Assembly (NCBI GenBank): GCA_965531145.1
Contig: CBESOE010000004.1
Span: forward strand, 24,912 to 88,911
Direction: 5' to 3'
Length of the DNA: 64,000 nucleotides
DNA from: an uncultured bacterium
GTDB lineage: Bacteria > Acidobacteriota > JAQAZP01
Shown piece by piece: positions 43,159-52,946 of this stretch. The notes beneath the pieces are model-generated. The model worked only from the letters and a program-made list of their open reading frames with translations. It searched no databases and was not told the origin of the DNA. A program made the position numbers and the translations under genes. Numbering within the stretch: position 1 is the stretch's first letter; every line of letters begins with the position of its first letter.

Positions 43159-46056
43159 TCACGTCTCCCACCGCCAGCTGCCCAGGGCCAGCCCCGCCAC
43201 GATGTACGCCATGAGGTTCAGCGAGAACCAGTAGAGCCCGTCGAAGAGCAGCATGCTCAGCGAGAGGCCGGCCAGGCCGTAGATCATCGCCGTGGCCAGC
43301 TGGCGCCCCTCCTCGTCGGGGCAGGAGGACCGGCGGGTGAGGAGCGAGCGGAAAAGGAACCAGAGGAAGAGCAGGAAGAGGAGCGCCCCGGTGACCCCGG
43401 TCTCGGCGGCGATGCGGATCATCATGTTGTCCGGGGTGTTGTATTGCTCGTGGAGGAACTCCTTGCCCTTGTGGCCGCCAAAGTTCAACGCCTCCCGGGA
43501 GTAGTTGCCCGGCCCCACACCCAGCAGGGGGTTGGCGGCAGTCATGGCCAGACCGCTCTGCCAGCCGGCCAGCCGCTGGACCACCGCCGCCGACCGTGAG
43601 ATGGAGCCGAGGTCGACAAAGCGGTCCCGCAACTGGTCGCGGGCCGTGCCGGAAACCAGGGCCAGCCCGCCCAGGGACAGGACCAGGAGGACGGCACCCG
43701 CGACCAGCAGCAGCAGCTTGCGCCGGCCGAGGAAAACAGCGGCAAAGAGGGCGAGGATGACCAGCGCCCCGCGGGAGAAGGTGAGCACCAGGGCCGCCAG
43801 GATCACCAGCGACCAGGCGCTCCAGAAAATGCGGGACAGATAACAGGCGCCCTTGCGCCAGCCGAGCCACACCCCCAGGGGCAGAACCAGCAGAAGAAAG
43901 GTGGCCAGGGCGATGGGCACCACAAAGGTGGAGGCCGCGCGGAAGATCGGCACCTCGAAGTAGAACGGGGCATAGACCTTGAGAATGTTGTGCAGCAGCG
44001 GGTTGTAGCCCAGGGCATACTCGGCGACGGCCAGCAGCGAAACGGCCGTGGCCGAGAGGACCAGCGCCCGCAGCAGCAGCCCTGTTCCACGCCATGTTCC
44101 CGAGGAGGCGAGAATCAGCAGCAGGACCAGTGCGGGGAGGACAAAGAAGAGAATCGTCTGCAGGCTGGGCAGGGACCAGGCGGAGAAGAGGCTGCCGGCA
44201 AGGGCCACGAGGAGAAAAAGACCGAAAGAGATCAGGGCCCGCCGGGCCTGGACACCACCGGGCTCTTCTTCCGCGGGGAACCAGAGCCGGCGGCCCAGGA
44301 GCAGACGGAAAGGCACCAGCAGAAGCAGCAGCAGGTGCAGCGGGGTGAAGCTGATCCCGCCAACCCAGGTGCGCATGCCGCTGTAGTGTTCGAAGGGGAA
44401 GCAGGCGGCCAGGGCCACGAGCAGGATCAGCAGCAGCCGGTACGGGGTAACGGTCAGGGCGGAACCGGGAACGGTGCCTCCCTGACGGCGCAACCTGCCG
44501 ATGAGCGGCAGGATCAGCAACAGGGCCACGGCCGTCTGGAGCCACTGGCCCCAGTCCAGGCCCAGGGGCCGGGCGCGGCAGAGCTGCAGCACCGGTGCCT
44601 TGACCAGCCGGACCCGCTGAACACCGGTCCGCACAGGGTGGTTGGCCGGTTCCAGGCGCAGCCGGGTGATCTCCCCCTCCCACAGCGGGTGGGATCCGAC
44701 ATCGAGGTAGTAGATCTCGTCTCCGCCGTAACGGTTGAGGCGGAACTGGATGGAGCGGCGGCGGCTGAACCTCGGGTCGCTGCCGGTGGCCCAGTAGAAG
44801 CGCCCCTCCCCCACCCCGCTGTTCACCCGGCCCATGACTTCGATCAAGTCCACATCCCCGGCCCGGATCTTCTGCTGCTTCGCGGTGATCAGTCCGTCTC
44901 CGGGCAAGGCCAGGTCAAGCAGGGCAAATCCGCTCTCCAGCACCGGCGGCGGCTGGTTCTTCCGCGGCTGCCAGCCCTGCCAGCCCCGCTCCTCGGTGAA
45001 CACCCATTCCGCGGCAAAGGGGCCGATGAACTCCTCGTCGCCGGCCCGCGCCCTGGCAGCGTTCCTCTTGGTCTCCAGTACCCAGTCGGTCTGCAGGGCC
45101 ATGGCGTCGAGGTGCAGGCTGAGCCTCCCCTGGTTGACCGGCAACTCCAGTAACTCCACCCGCACGGCCCGCGGTGCGACGACCTCCGGCAGCCGGCGGC
45201 GGCTGTAGAAAGAACGACCGAGGCAAATGATGCCGGGGATCGTCTTCCACAATCCGGGGAGGGAGATATCGGCACAATCGAGGCCGTTGACCAGTTGGAT
45301 CTCGGTCTCCCCGCCCTCGGCATCCTCGATCACCAGCCGGGCCACGGCCTGACCGAACTCGATGCCAAAGGTATCGTTGAGCGATGACGAGATCTCGATG
45401 GCCCGGCAGGGGGGGAACCCGGGGGTGGGGATCCTGGTGGCCGGCTGCCCGGCGGTCAGGGTGATCAGCTGGTTCTGGGGCACCGGCTTGAAGTGCATGA
45501 ACGCTTCCCGCCGGTCGTCCGACTCCTCCGCACCGGTGACCCGGATCGACTCCAGGGCCAGGGTTCCCTGCTCCATAATTGGATCGAAACGGAGCTGGTC
45601 GATGGTCCCCCGCCACCAGGGCGAGCGGCCCACCTCGACGCGGCAGGTCTGCTGGACACCATCCAGCACCACCCGGAAGTAAGCACTTTTCCTGCTGCTC
45701 CAGCCCTGGTCACCCGGGTTCATCCAGAAGAGCTGGCCCACGGTGGCATCCCGCCCCAGCCGGCCCCTGGCGGCCAGTCGCATCAGTACCAGCGAGGCCT
45801 GGTCGGCGTCGAGGGCGAGGCCGGGCCGGGTGATCAGGTAGGGATCTTCCCCGGGCACTGTGTAGACCGGCATTCCCCCGATCTCACCCGCTGCGGAGGG
45901 TTCCAGTTGCTGGACATACTCGAACCGGCTGAAAGAGGGATCCTCCGCGGCTGACCAGGACCAGAATGGTGCCGGCCCGGGTTCATTCTGCGCCAGAGCG
46001 GGAATGGAGAGAGAGGTCAATACGGCGCACAGGGCCATGAGCAGCAGTCTTCTCAT
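43159..46056 (-). CDS. O-antigen ligase/Wzy-like polytopic membrane protein with a ~500-aa N-terminal extracytoplasmic domain
   Basis: Signal peptide MRRLLLMALCAVLTSLSIPALA; a 500-aa soluble domain; then ~12 TM helices with a Wzy_C/O-antigen-ligase-like periplasmic loop (...LTFSRGALVILALFAAVFLG...). 4-bp overlap with the downstream GT2 gene. Confidence 0.7.
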   Translation of the reverse strand: MRRLLLMALCAVLTSLSIPALAQNEPGPAPFWSWSAAEDPSFSRFEYVQQLEPSAAGEIGGMPVYTVPGEDPYLITRPGLALDADQASLVLMRLAARGRLGRDATVGQLFWMNPGDQGWSSRKSAYFRVVLDGVQQTCRVEVGRSPWWRGTIDQLRFDPIMEQGTLALESIRVTGAEESDDRREAFMHFKPVPQNQLITLTAGQPATRIPTPGFPPCRAIEISSSLNDTFGIEFGQAVARLVIEDAEGGETEIQLVNGLDCADISLPGLWKTIPGIICLGRSFYSRRRLPEVVAPRAVRVELLELPVNQGRLSLHLDAMALQTDWVLETKRNAARARAGDEEFIGPFAAEWVFTEERGWQGWQPRKNQPPPVLESGFALLDLALPGDGLITAKQQKIRAGDVDLIEVMGRVNSGVGEGRFYWATGSDPRFSRRRSIQFRLNRYGGDEIYYLDVGSHPLWEGEITRLRLEPANHPVRTGVQRVRLVKAPVLQLCRARPLGLDWGQWLQTAVALLLILPLIGRLRRQGGTVPGSALTVTPYRLLLILLVALAACFPFEHYSGMRTWVGGISFTPLHLLLLLLVPFRLLLGRRLWFPAEEEPGGVQARRALISFGLFLLVALAGSLFSAWSLPSLQTILFFVLPALVLLLILASSGTWRGTGLLLRALVLSATAVSLLAVAEYALGYNPLLHNILKVYAPFYFEVPIFRAASTFVVPIALATFLLLVLPLGVWLGWRKGACYLSRIFWSAWSLVILAALVLTFSRGALVILALFAAVFLGRRKLLLLVAGAVLLVLSLGGLALVSGTARDQLRDRFVDLGSISRSAAVVQRLAGWQSGLAMTAANPLLGVGPGNYSREALNFGGHKGKEFLHEQYNTPDNMMIRIAAETGVTGALLFLLFLWFLFRSLLTRRSSCPDEEGRQLATAMIYGLAGLSLSMLLFDGLYWFSLNLMAYIVAGLALGSWRWET

Positions 46057-47090
46057 CGACCACCTCCACCAAGGAAAGGCCGGAAGCGAAAGAACCCGGC
46101 AGCCATGCCGGCCAGCAGCGCCAGGGCGCGCAGTCCCAGCAGGAACGGCGAGGCCAGGGCCAGCAGCGGGTCCCGGCGCAGCGTGGCCGCGGCAAAGGGG
46201 ACCGTGGCCGCTATAAAAATCACCAGGAAGAGCAGTGACAGCAAAGCTGCCGGCGGGTAGACCAGGGCGGCGGCCAGCGTGGCCAGAGCCCCGGCCGCGG
46301 CGGCCAGCTGGGCCTTCAATGTCCGCGGGGTGTAGCTGTCCCCGGCAGCCTTGCCCGGGTAACGGCGGTAGACCTTCATCCGCCAGTAGCCACGGCTCAC
46401 CTTCAACCTGACATACCCGGCCAGCGAGGCCCGGTGCCGGTGCTCCACCACCGCCGCCGGGGCAAAGACCATCCGGTGACCGGCAGCGGCAATGCGGTAG
46501 GAGAGATCAACGTCCTCGTTGTTGGGCACCGGGAAGCTGGTGTCGAACCCGCCCACCTCTTCCAGCACCAGCCGGCGAAACGCCGCGGCATAGGTGTCGA
46601 CAAAGTCGATGGAGTCGAGGCGGGCCATCAGGCGATACCGTTCCTCGAATTCAGCCTGGGCAAACCTGGCGGCCAGCGAGCGCTGGGCCGTACGGTAGGT
46701 GCCTTTCACCCCGCCCACCTCCGGGTCCTCCAGCAGGGGGCGGCAGATCTCGGCCACCCAGCGCTGGTCGGGAATGCAGTCGGCATCGGTGAAGAGCACC
46801 AGATCTCCCCGGGCCGCCTCGATACCGGCGTTGCGGGCCACGGCCGGACCACCCCGGGTGCCCAGGCCGATTACCCGCAGCGCCTCGCCCCCGGCCTCCC
46901 GGGCCGCACGGGCCGTGCCGTCGGTGGAGCCATCGTCCACCACCAGCAGTTCCACCCGGCCGGGCAGATCCTGCTGGCCGGCCAGGGCGCGGACACAGAG
47001 CGGCAGCCGGTCCGCGGCATTGAACACCGGCACCACCACCGAGATCAGCGGTGCGGAAGTATCCTGCTGTTCGGCTGTGCTGGTCATCAT
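46053..47090 (-). CDS. Family 2 glycosyltransferase with C-terminal TM helices
   Basis: Start at MMTSTAEQ (47090) inside track ORF 46053..47228. GT2 motifs ISVVVPVFNAADRL ... VDDGSTDGT ... FTDADC. 4-bp overlap with the radical SAM gene. Confidence 0.85.
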   Translation of the reverse strand: MMTSTAEQQDTSAPLISVVVPVFNAADRLPLCVRALAGQQDLPGRVELLVVDDGSTDGTARAAREAGGEALRVIGLGTRGGPAVARNAGIEAARGDLVLFTDADCIPDQRWVAEICRPLLEDPEVGGVKGTYRTAQRSLAARFAQAEFEERYRLMARLDSIDFVDTYAAAFRRLVLEEVGGFDTSFPVPNNEDVDLSYRIAAAGHRMVFAPAAVVEHRHRASLAGYVRLKVSRGYWRMKVYRRYPGKAAGDSYTPRTLKAQLAAAAGALATLAAALVYPPAALLSLLFLVIFIAATVPFAAATLRRDPLLALASPFLLGLRALALLAGMAAGFFRFRPFLGGGGR

Positions 47091-48532
47091 CCCCTGAACA
47101 GGTATTTGATAAATGTCTTCAGCGCCTTGACATTGCGCACCGCTTCCCCGGGATCGGTCACCGTCTGCCAGGCCTTGTAGAGCAGGTACCGCGGCCGGAG
47201 GTAGAACCGCCTCCGGGCGCGGTTGCAAAAGGCCACCAGTTGGGCGCCGTCAACGCTGCCGGTGGAAATCACGCAATTGTGCTGGCCGGTCTCATCCAGC
47301 CATTGGGTGTAGTCCTCGGTCTCCAGCAGCCCTTCCGAGCGGTAGAACTCGTAGGCCGTGGTGCCGGGGTAGACCATCACCGGGTAGAACTGAGCCGTGT
47401 CGGGCCGCAGGGCGGCGGCCAGCCGGTAGGTCCGCTCCAGGTCGTCGGCGGTCTCCCCCGGGAACCCGACGATGAAGCAGCCGTGGACCAGGATGCCGGC
47501 CTGGCGGGCGTCCCGGACAAACTGGTGCATCCGCATGGTGTCCAGCTTCTTCTCGATAAAGGCCAGCGAGGCCGGGGCGCCGCTTTCGAAGCCGACGCAC
47601 ACCTGCCGGCAGCCGGCCCGTTTCATCAGCTGCAGCAGCTCCACCGGGACATCGGCCCGGGCATTGGCCGTCCAGGGGATATCGATGCCGGCGGCGAGGA
47701 TCGCCTCGCAGAGCGCCGCCACCCGCTTCGACCCCAGGGTAAAAGTGTCGTCCTCGAAAAAGAGCCCGCGGACCTCGGGGAAATGTTGCTTGATGTAGTG
47801 CAGTTCCTCAACCACGTTCTCCGGCGAGCGGGTGCGCAGCCGCCGGCCCATGGTGGTCTGGGGGTAGAGACAGAAGCTGCAGCTGTGGGGGCAACCGCGG
47901 CTGGTGACCAGGGTCAGCATGGGGTAGAGCGAATTGGGGTTGAAGTAGTGAGCCGGCACCAGGTGGCGGCGGTAGAAGGCGGAGACAAAGGGCAGCTGGT
48001 CAAGGTCGGCGATGGGTTGACGGGGCGCGGTGACCACCGTCCCGTCCCCCTCGCCGCGCAGCACCAGGCCCGGAACTCCGGACAGCTCCAGGCCCTGCTC
48101 CAGGGCCGCGGCGAGATCACGAACGGTTTCGTCGTATTCACCCACCACCACCGCGTCCAGCGCCGGGCACTGGTCCAGTGCCTCTTCCGGCAGGGAGGTT
48201 ACATGGGTCCCGGTGGCCACCGTAAAGCAGTTGGGCAACCGCTCCCTGATCCGCTCCGTAAAGCGGAGGTCATTGTTGATGCTCGGGGTAGAGGTGTCGA
48301 TCACCGCCAGTGCCGGGTCACCGGCAACGGCCTCGTCCAGGGCGGCCGTTTCGTCCAGGCCCCGGGCCGGTGCATCCACCATGGTCACCAGGAACCCCGA
48401 CGCCTCCAGCAGCGCGCCGGCGTGGGCCAGCCAGAGGGGATAGTAGAGCGTCCCGCTGCGGGTCACCGCCGGGCTCCGCTGAGCCCTGGAATAGAGCGGC
48501 AGGTAGGGCGGGTTGATCAGGCTGACCTTCAC
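47087..48532 (-). CDS. B12-binding domain radical SAM protein (class B radical SAM)
   Basis: Likely GTG start at 48532 (VKVSLINPPY...) preceded by GGAAGGAG RBS and overlapping the GT9 TGA stop (GTGA). N-terminal B12-binding Rossmann-like region, then radical SAM core SRGCPHSCSFCLYP (CxxxCxxC). Confidence 0.85.
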   Translation of the reverse strand: MKVSLINPPYLPLYSRAQRSPAVTRSGTLYYPLWLAHAGALLEASGFLVTMVDAPARGLDETAALDEAVAGDPALAVIDTSTPSINNDLRFTERIRERLPNCFTVATGTHVTSLPEEALDQCPALDAVVVGEYDETVRDLAAALEQGLELSGVPGLVLRGEGDGTVVTAPRQPIADLDQLPFVSAFYRRHLVPAHYFNPNSLYPMLTLVTSRGCPHSCSFCLYPQTTMGRRLRTRSPENVVEELHYIKQHFPEVRGLFFEDDTFTLGSKRVAALCEAILAAGIDIPWTANARADVPVELLQLMKRAGCRQVCVGFESGAPASLAFIEKKLDTMRMHQFVRDARQAGILVHGCFIVGFPGETADDLERTYRLAAALRPDTAQFYPVMVYPGTTAYEFYRSEGLLETEDYTQWLDETGQHNCVISTGSVDGAQLVAFCNRARRRFYLRPRYLLYKAWQTVTDPGEAVRNVKALKTFIKYLFRG

Positions 48533-49752
48533 CGGGTCTCTCCTTCCACTGTGGGTCCGGCGGACAGGATCTCCATACAGCAATTATAAACCGCTTCGAG
48601 GTCGATCTGCTCCATGCAGGGGGTCGATCGTGTGCAGCCGGGAAAGGGCTCGTTGTTGTAACAGGGGCTGCAGTCCTGCCGGGCCTCGATCACCCGCACC
48701 CCCGGCTGGTCCAGGGGCAGGAGCGCCGCCGCCCTGGTGGGGCCGAAAAGGCCCACCAGGGGAACACCGAGGGCCAGGGCCATGTGCATCGGCGCCGAGT
48801 CCACCGTGACCAGCAGGGCCACCCGGCGAATCAGTCCGGCCAGCGATCTGAGGCTGGTGGACCCGGAAAAATCGACGGCCGGGCGGTTCATTCTTCCGGC
48901 CACCTCCCGGACCAGCTCCGCTTCCCCAGGTGAGCCGAAAAGCCAGACCGGCCGCCCGGTCTGCTCGTTGATCCGGTCGGCCAGGGCGGCAAACCGATCG
49001 GCCGGCCACCGTTTCTCCGGCACGCGATCACGCGGATTGACCCCGCCGCCCGGGACCAGGCCCACCGGCCCGCCGTTGCCGGCATCGGCACCCAACGCCT
49101 TGATCAGCCGCTCCGCCTCCCGGTCCGCCTCCTCCCCCGGATGGAACTCCAGCGACCGGCCGCCCGGGCCAGACTCCGGCACACCGCCGCCGCAGGCCGC
49201 CGCGGCCAGCCGGAGATAGTCGTCCAGCACGTAGTGCAGGTCATTGGGCCCGCGCCAGGGCACAGACGAGGTGAGGGAGAACCCCGATCCGCCGGCATCG
49301 AAACCGATGCGGTTGGGCACACCGGCCAGGCGGGCCAGCAGGTGAACCGGCCAGGCCGGGTGGAAGATCACCGCCGTCTCGCATCCCAGCCGGCCGATCA
49401 ATCGCACCGTCTCCCGCACCGCAGCGGGACGGCGGGCCAGCAACCGCTGCTCGGGTACAGCCACCACCCGGTGAAGATGGGGATTCCCCTCGAGGAGCGG
49501 CAGGGCGCTGTCTCCGGTGAGAAAGATCAGCTCCGCCTCGGGAAGCTGCCGGCGGAGCAGGCGGATCGCCGGCGTGACCATCAGGATGTCGCCGAGGGCG
49601 TGGGTCTTGACCAGCAGCACCCGGCCCGGTCGGGTCCGGTCGGGCCGGCGGTCCAGGCCCCGGGAAAGGGCCCGGCCCAGACCCTGGACGGTCTGCCTCC
49701 AGAACTGGCTGCCGCTGACGGTCATCCCGTCACCCTGGTCCTGCGGCTGCAC
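48529..49752 (-). CDS. Family 9 glycosyltransferase (LPS heptosyltransferase-like)
   Basis: GT9 pattern VLLVKTHALGDILMVTPAIRLLRRQLPEAELIFLTG ... GSPGEAE ... VTVDSAPMHMALALGVPLVGLFGPT. Start may be M at 49725. Confidence 0.8.
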   Translation of the reverse strand: MQPQDQGDGMTVSGSQFWRQTVQGLGRALSRGLDRRPDRTRPGRVLLVKTHALGDILMVTPAIRLLRRQLPEAELIFLTGDSALPLLEGNPHLHRVVAVPEQRLLARRPAAVRETVRLIGRLGCETAVIFHPAWPVHLLARLAGVPNRIGFDAGGSGFSLTSSVPWRGPNDLHYVLDDYLRLAAAACGGGVPESGPGGRSLEFHPGEEADREAERLIKALGADAGNGGPVGLVPGGGVNPRDRVPEKRWPADRFAALADRINEQTGRPVWLFGSPGEAELVREVAGRMNRPAVDFSGSTSLRSLAGLIRRVALLVTVDSAPMHMALALGVPLVGLFGPTRAAALLPLDQPGVRVIEARQDCSPCYNNEPFPGCTRSTPCMEQIDLEAVYNCCMEILSAGPTVEGETR

Positions 49753-49753
49753 C

Positions 49754-51193
49754 TCAGGTGAGCCGGAATTCCTCCCGCTGGCCCGCGGGCCAGATCACCC
49801 CGGCGTGCTCGTGCTGGGGGCAGAGGGCTGACGGTCCGGGCCCGGCCAGGGCTTCGGCCAGGTCCAGGCCGGCCTCGATGGAGTCGTCCATGTTGTTGTA
49901 CCAGAAGGTCCCGCAACGCCCGAGACAGAGGAGGTTGGCAAAGGGTGACAGCTGGTGGACGAAGCTGGCCAGCTGCTGCGGGTATTCCATGCGGTAGACC
50001 GGGTACGCTCCCCTGACCACTTCGCTGTGCACCCGCTCCACCCGGCTGCGCTCCACCAGCCTCACCGCTTCCAACTCGCCCACCACCTGCTCCTGGATCC
50101 GGGCCAGTTCCTCTGCCGCCGGCGGCTCGCCGGGCCAGGTCACTTCAACGCAGAGCCCGTCCTTGCCTGCGGGCACCAGGCCGGGGTGGAAGTTGCGCGG
50201 GAAGGAGATCCGCGAGATGGCCAGGTCGCTGTCCGAAAAGTATGTCCACTGATTCGGCGTCTCCACCTGCCCCGACACCTCCACATTGAAGATCAGCAGG
50301 CTGAGAAAGTCCAGACGGGGCAGGTCCACCCCCAGGCCGGCGGCCAGGTCGGCCGGAGGCGCGGTCCAGACCATCCAGGACGGCTCCACCCGCTGGCCCT
50401 GGAAACGAACCGCGGTGACCCGTTCCCCGTCACTCTCCAGGGCCAGGTCCTCCACGCCGGTGACCAGGCGGCCGCCGTCCCCGAGAAAGGCGTCGCGCAC
50501 CCGCTCCGCATAGAGGTCGATTCCCCCTTCGGGGTAGATGAACTTGGTCACCTTGGGCTTGGGCAGCAGAGCGATCCGCAGCACGTCGAACAGCGACCCC
50601 TGCTGGTAGCGGCGGTCGATGGTGGCCCGGTGGATCGACTGGCTGGCCCAGCTGTAATGCAACCGGTCGGGTGTGCAGTGGGCAAACTTGGTGGTGTAGC
50701 CCTTGAAGAAAACATCGTAGAGCGTCGGTCCGTAGCGGCTGACGATGTACTCTTCGAAACTCTGGTCGCCGCCGGCATCGTCATCCCTGTCCCCGCCCCG
50801 GCGCCCGGTCAGCAGGTCCCGCAGGCAGCGCAGAAGGACCGATGGCGGGAGGCGGAAGATGGAGGAGGTCCCCAGGGGCCAGGTGTGGTAGCGGCGGAAG
50901 AGGTAGACGCTGCTGCAGCGGTCGATGAGTACATACTGCTCCCCCAACGCTTCCCGGATCAGCGCCAGCGCCCGTTCGCTGTATGTATGGAAGCGGTGCG
51001 GCCCGATGTCGAAGGTGAAATCACCGTAGCGAAAACAGCGGGCCAGGCCGCCCACTTCGGGCAGACGCTCGATGAGCAGCACCGGCAGGCCGCGGCGGGT
51101 GAGCTCCCGCGCGGCGGTGAGACCGGCGATGCCGGCACCCACCACCACCACCGGCCGGCTGGTGTCGATCTGCCCGTTGTTGGTGCTCTCCAT
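49754..51193 (-). CDS. FAD-dependent oxidoreductase, UDP-galactopyranose-mutase-like / amine-oxidase superfamily
   Basis: Start at MESTNNGQIDTSRPVVVVGAGIAGLTAAREL (GxGxxG dinucleotide motif) inside track ORF 49754..51349; UGM-like ...GGLARCFRYGDFTFDIGPHRFHT. Confidence 0.7.
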   Translation of the reverse strand: MESTNNGQIDTSRPVVVVGAGIAGLTAARELTRRGLPVLLIERLPEVGGLARCFRYGDFTFDIGPHRFHTYSERALALIREALGEQYVLIDRCSSVYLFRRYHTWPLGTSSIFRLPPSVLLRCLRDLLTGRRGGDRDDDAGGDQSFEEYIVSRYGPTLYDVFFKGYTTKFAHCTPDRLHYSWASQSIHRATIDRRYQQGSLFDVLRIALLPKPKVTKFIYPEGGIDLYAERVRDAFLGDGGRLVTGVEDLALESDGERVTAVRFQGQRVEPSWMVWTAPPADLAAGLGVDLPRLDFLSLLIFNVEVSGQVETPNQWTYFSDSDLAISRISFPRNFHPGLVPAGKDGLCVEVTWPGEPPAAEELARIQEQVVGELEAVRLVERSRVERVHSEVVRGAYPVYRMEYPQQLASFVHQLSPFANLLCLGRCGTFWYNNMDDSIEAGLDLAEALAGPGPSALCPQHEHAGVIWPAGQREEFRLT

Positions 51194-51460
51194 CGTCCTC
51201 GCCTCTGCCCCGCACATCAACCCCGGCGGGCCTGCATTCATCTCTGACGGGAATTGGTTCTGGATCAGGGATGTGTCCTTCGACGAACAGCCAGTGTATC
51301 GGGCATTTCCGGCCCGCGTCAACCCGGGAGGAGCAAGCTGTCCCGGCAATTGGACTTGCCCGCTGATCTGATCCTAAGTAGAGTAACCACAGGTTATAAA
51401 CCATCACCCCCGGAAAGCCGATGAGAGAGAAGTGACTTCGGGGGAGCAGGGACCAGCAGC

Positions 51461-52603
51461 ATGCAGCGAGCAGCATTTTCCAGAACGGCAGCAGCGCAGA
51501 GATACGGGATACTCATCCTTCTGGTCGTTTTCTATCTCATTACCGGAGCGGTGGCAACAACGGCATCTGCCGATGAGACCACCTGCTCTGCCTGTGGCAA
51601 GACCATCCGCGGGGAGTACCTGGTTCTCGATGGTCACCCCTATTGCAGCCAGAACTGTATCGACGCGGTGCTCCCGGCCTGTGCGGTCTGTGGCGAGGCG
51701 ATCAGGGGCCCCTACCTGACCTTTGACGGCAGGCGGTACTGCAGCCAGGCCTGCCTGGACCGGAATCTGCCGGCCTGCGACATGTGCGGGCGTCCGGTGC
51801 AGGGTCAGTATTTTGAGAGCAAGGGGAAAACATACTGCAGCGATGACTGCTACCAGCTCTCGCTTCCCCGCTGCGAGGCCTGCGGCGAAGGGATGAAGGA
51901 GTGGCTGGAAATCGAGGGTCGGCTCTACTGCCACCCCTGCGCGGCCAGACAGCGTTGTGACGTCTGCGGCCACCCCGGGCAGACGTACGGCCTGGGCGAC
52001 GGACGGCGGATCTGCTCCCTCTGCCGGGAGACGGCGGTGATGGATCAGGCCGACGCCGAACAGCTCTTCCAGATGGTGCGCAAACGGATGGACCGCTCGC
52101 TTGACCTCGCCACCGACCACGAGATCGAGTTCCACCTGGTGAGCCGCGACGACCTGGACCGGATCAGCAACGGCTCTTCCAGCGGCCGGGAACTGGGCTA
52201 CTACCAGTACCAGGCCGAAACCACCACCACCTACCTCACCACCCGCGACCGCTACGGTCGGGAAGACAAACGGGTGGCCGGCGAGAAGACCGACAAGAAG
52301 TTCCGCATCTATGTTCTCTACGGGCTGCCGGAAAAACGACTGATGGAGGTGACGGCCCACGAACTGGCCCACGACTGGATGTATGCCAACCTGCCGCGGA
52401 TCAAGGCCCCGATCTTTGAAGAGGGATTTGCCGAATACGTGGCCTGGCTGGTCAATGACCGCTTTGGCCACGAAAAGCTGAAGATACGGATCGAAGAGAA
52501 CAGTGACCCGATCTATGGCGACGGCTTCCAGATGATGAAGGGCCTGGCTGACCGGTATGGCGGCCTCGACGGTCTGATCGGGTATCTCGACGAACTTCCC
52601 TGA
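51461..52603 (+). CDS. Membrane-anchored DA1-like protein: five tandem LIM-type single zinc fingers plus a C-terminal HExxH metallopeptidase domain
   Basis: TM anchor ILILLVVFYLITGAVATTASA. Five C-x2-C-x(13-15)-[HC]-x2-C units (CSACGKTIRGEYLVLDGHPYCSQNC; CAVCGEAIRGPYLTFDGRRYCSQAC; CDMCGRPVQGQYFESKGKTYCSDDC; CEACGEGMKEWLEIEGRLYCHPC; CDVCGHPGQTYGLGDGRRICSLC). HELAHDWMY close to the DA1-family HEMMHAW motif. Confidence 0.7.
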   Translation: MQRAAFSRTAAAQRYGILILLVVFYLITGAVATTASADETTCSACGKTIRGEYLVLDGHPYCSQNCIDAVLPACAVCGEAIRGPYLTFDGRRYCSQACLDRNLPACDMCGRPVQGQYFESKGKTYCSDDCYQLSLPRCEACGEGMKEWLEIEGRLYCHPCAARQRCDVCGHPGQTYGLGDGRRICSLCRETAVMDQADAEQLFQMVRKRMDRSLDLATDHEIEFHLVSRDDLDRISNGSSSGRELGYYQYQAETTTTYLTTRDRYGREDKRVAGEKTDKKFRIYVLYGLPEKRLMEVTAHELAHDWMYANLPRIKAPIFEEGFAEYVAWLVNDRFGHEKLKIRIEENSDPIYGDGFQMMKGLADRYGGLDGLIGYLDELP

Positions 52604-52841
52604 ACACCACCACTCGCCGGCAAAACCTCCGCGCGGCCATCATCACGGCACACCCTCGAATTTCCAGTAGTCCACTTTTTTTATCCTCCATACACGAAAA
52701 ACTCAACGACGAATTCGTCATCGAATTTCAATTTCGAAAGTGATCCTGAACCACATGCCAACAGAATGACATTTCACTCGCTAACAAAATGAAATCAATA
52801 AGCTTAACTCGTTAATAGACCGTCACTTACTTGGAACGGTT

Positions 52842-52879
52842 CCGTGCCGGAGCCTTCACCGGCAATGGCACGGTTTTTG
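52842..52879 (+). terminator. Candidate intrinsic terminator / leader hairpin between the DA1-like gene and the cytochrome promoter
   Basis: CCGTGCCGG...CCGGCAATGGCACGG imperfect hairpin followed by TTTTTGT; ~240 nt downstream of the stop at 52603 and just upstream of TTGATAG / TATATG promoter-like hexamers. Confidence 0.35.
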
Positions 52880-52946
52880 TATCCTATTTGATAGATATTC
52901 ACTGTGGTATATGTAGGCATTAATTAGTATTCAATGATGTGAACCA

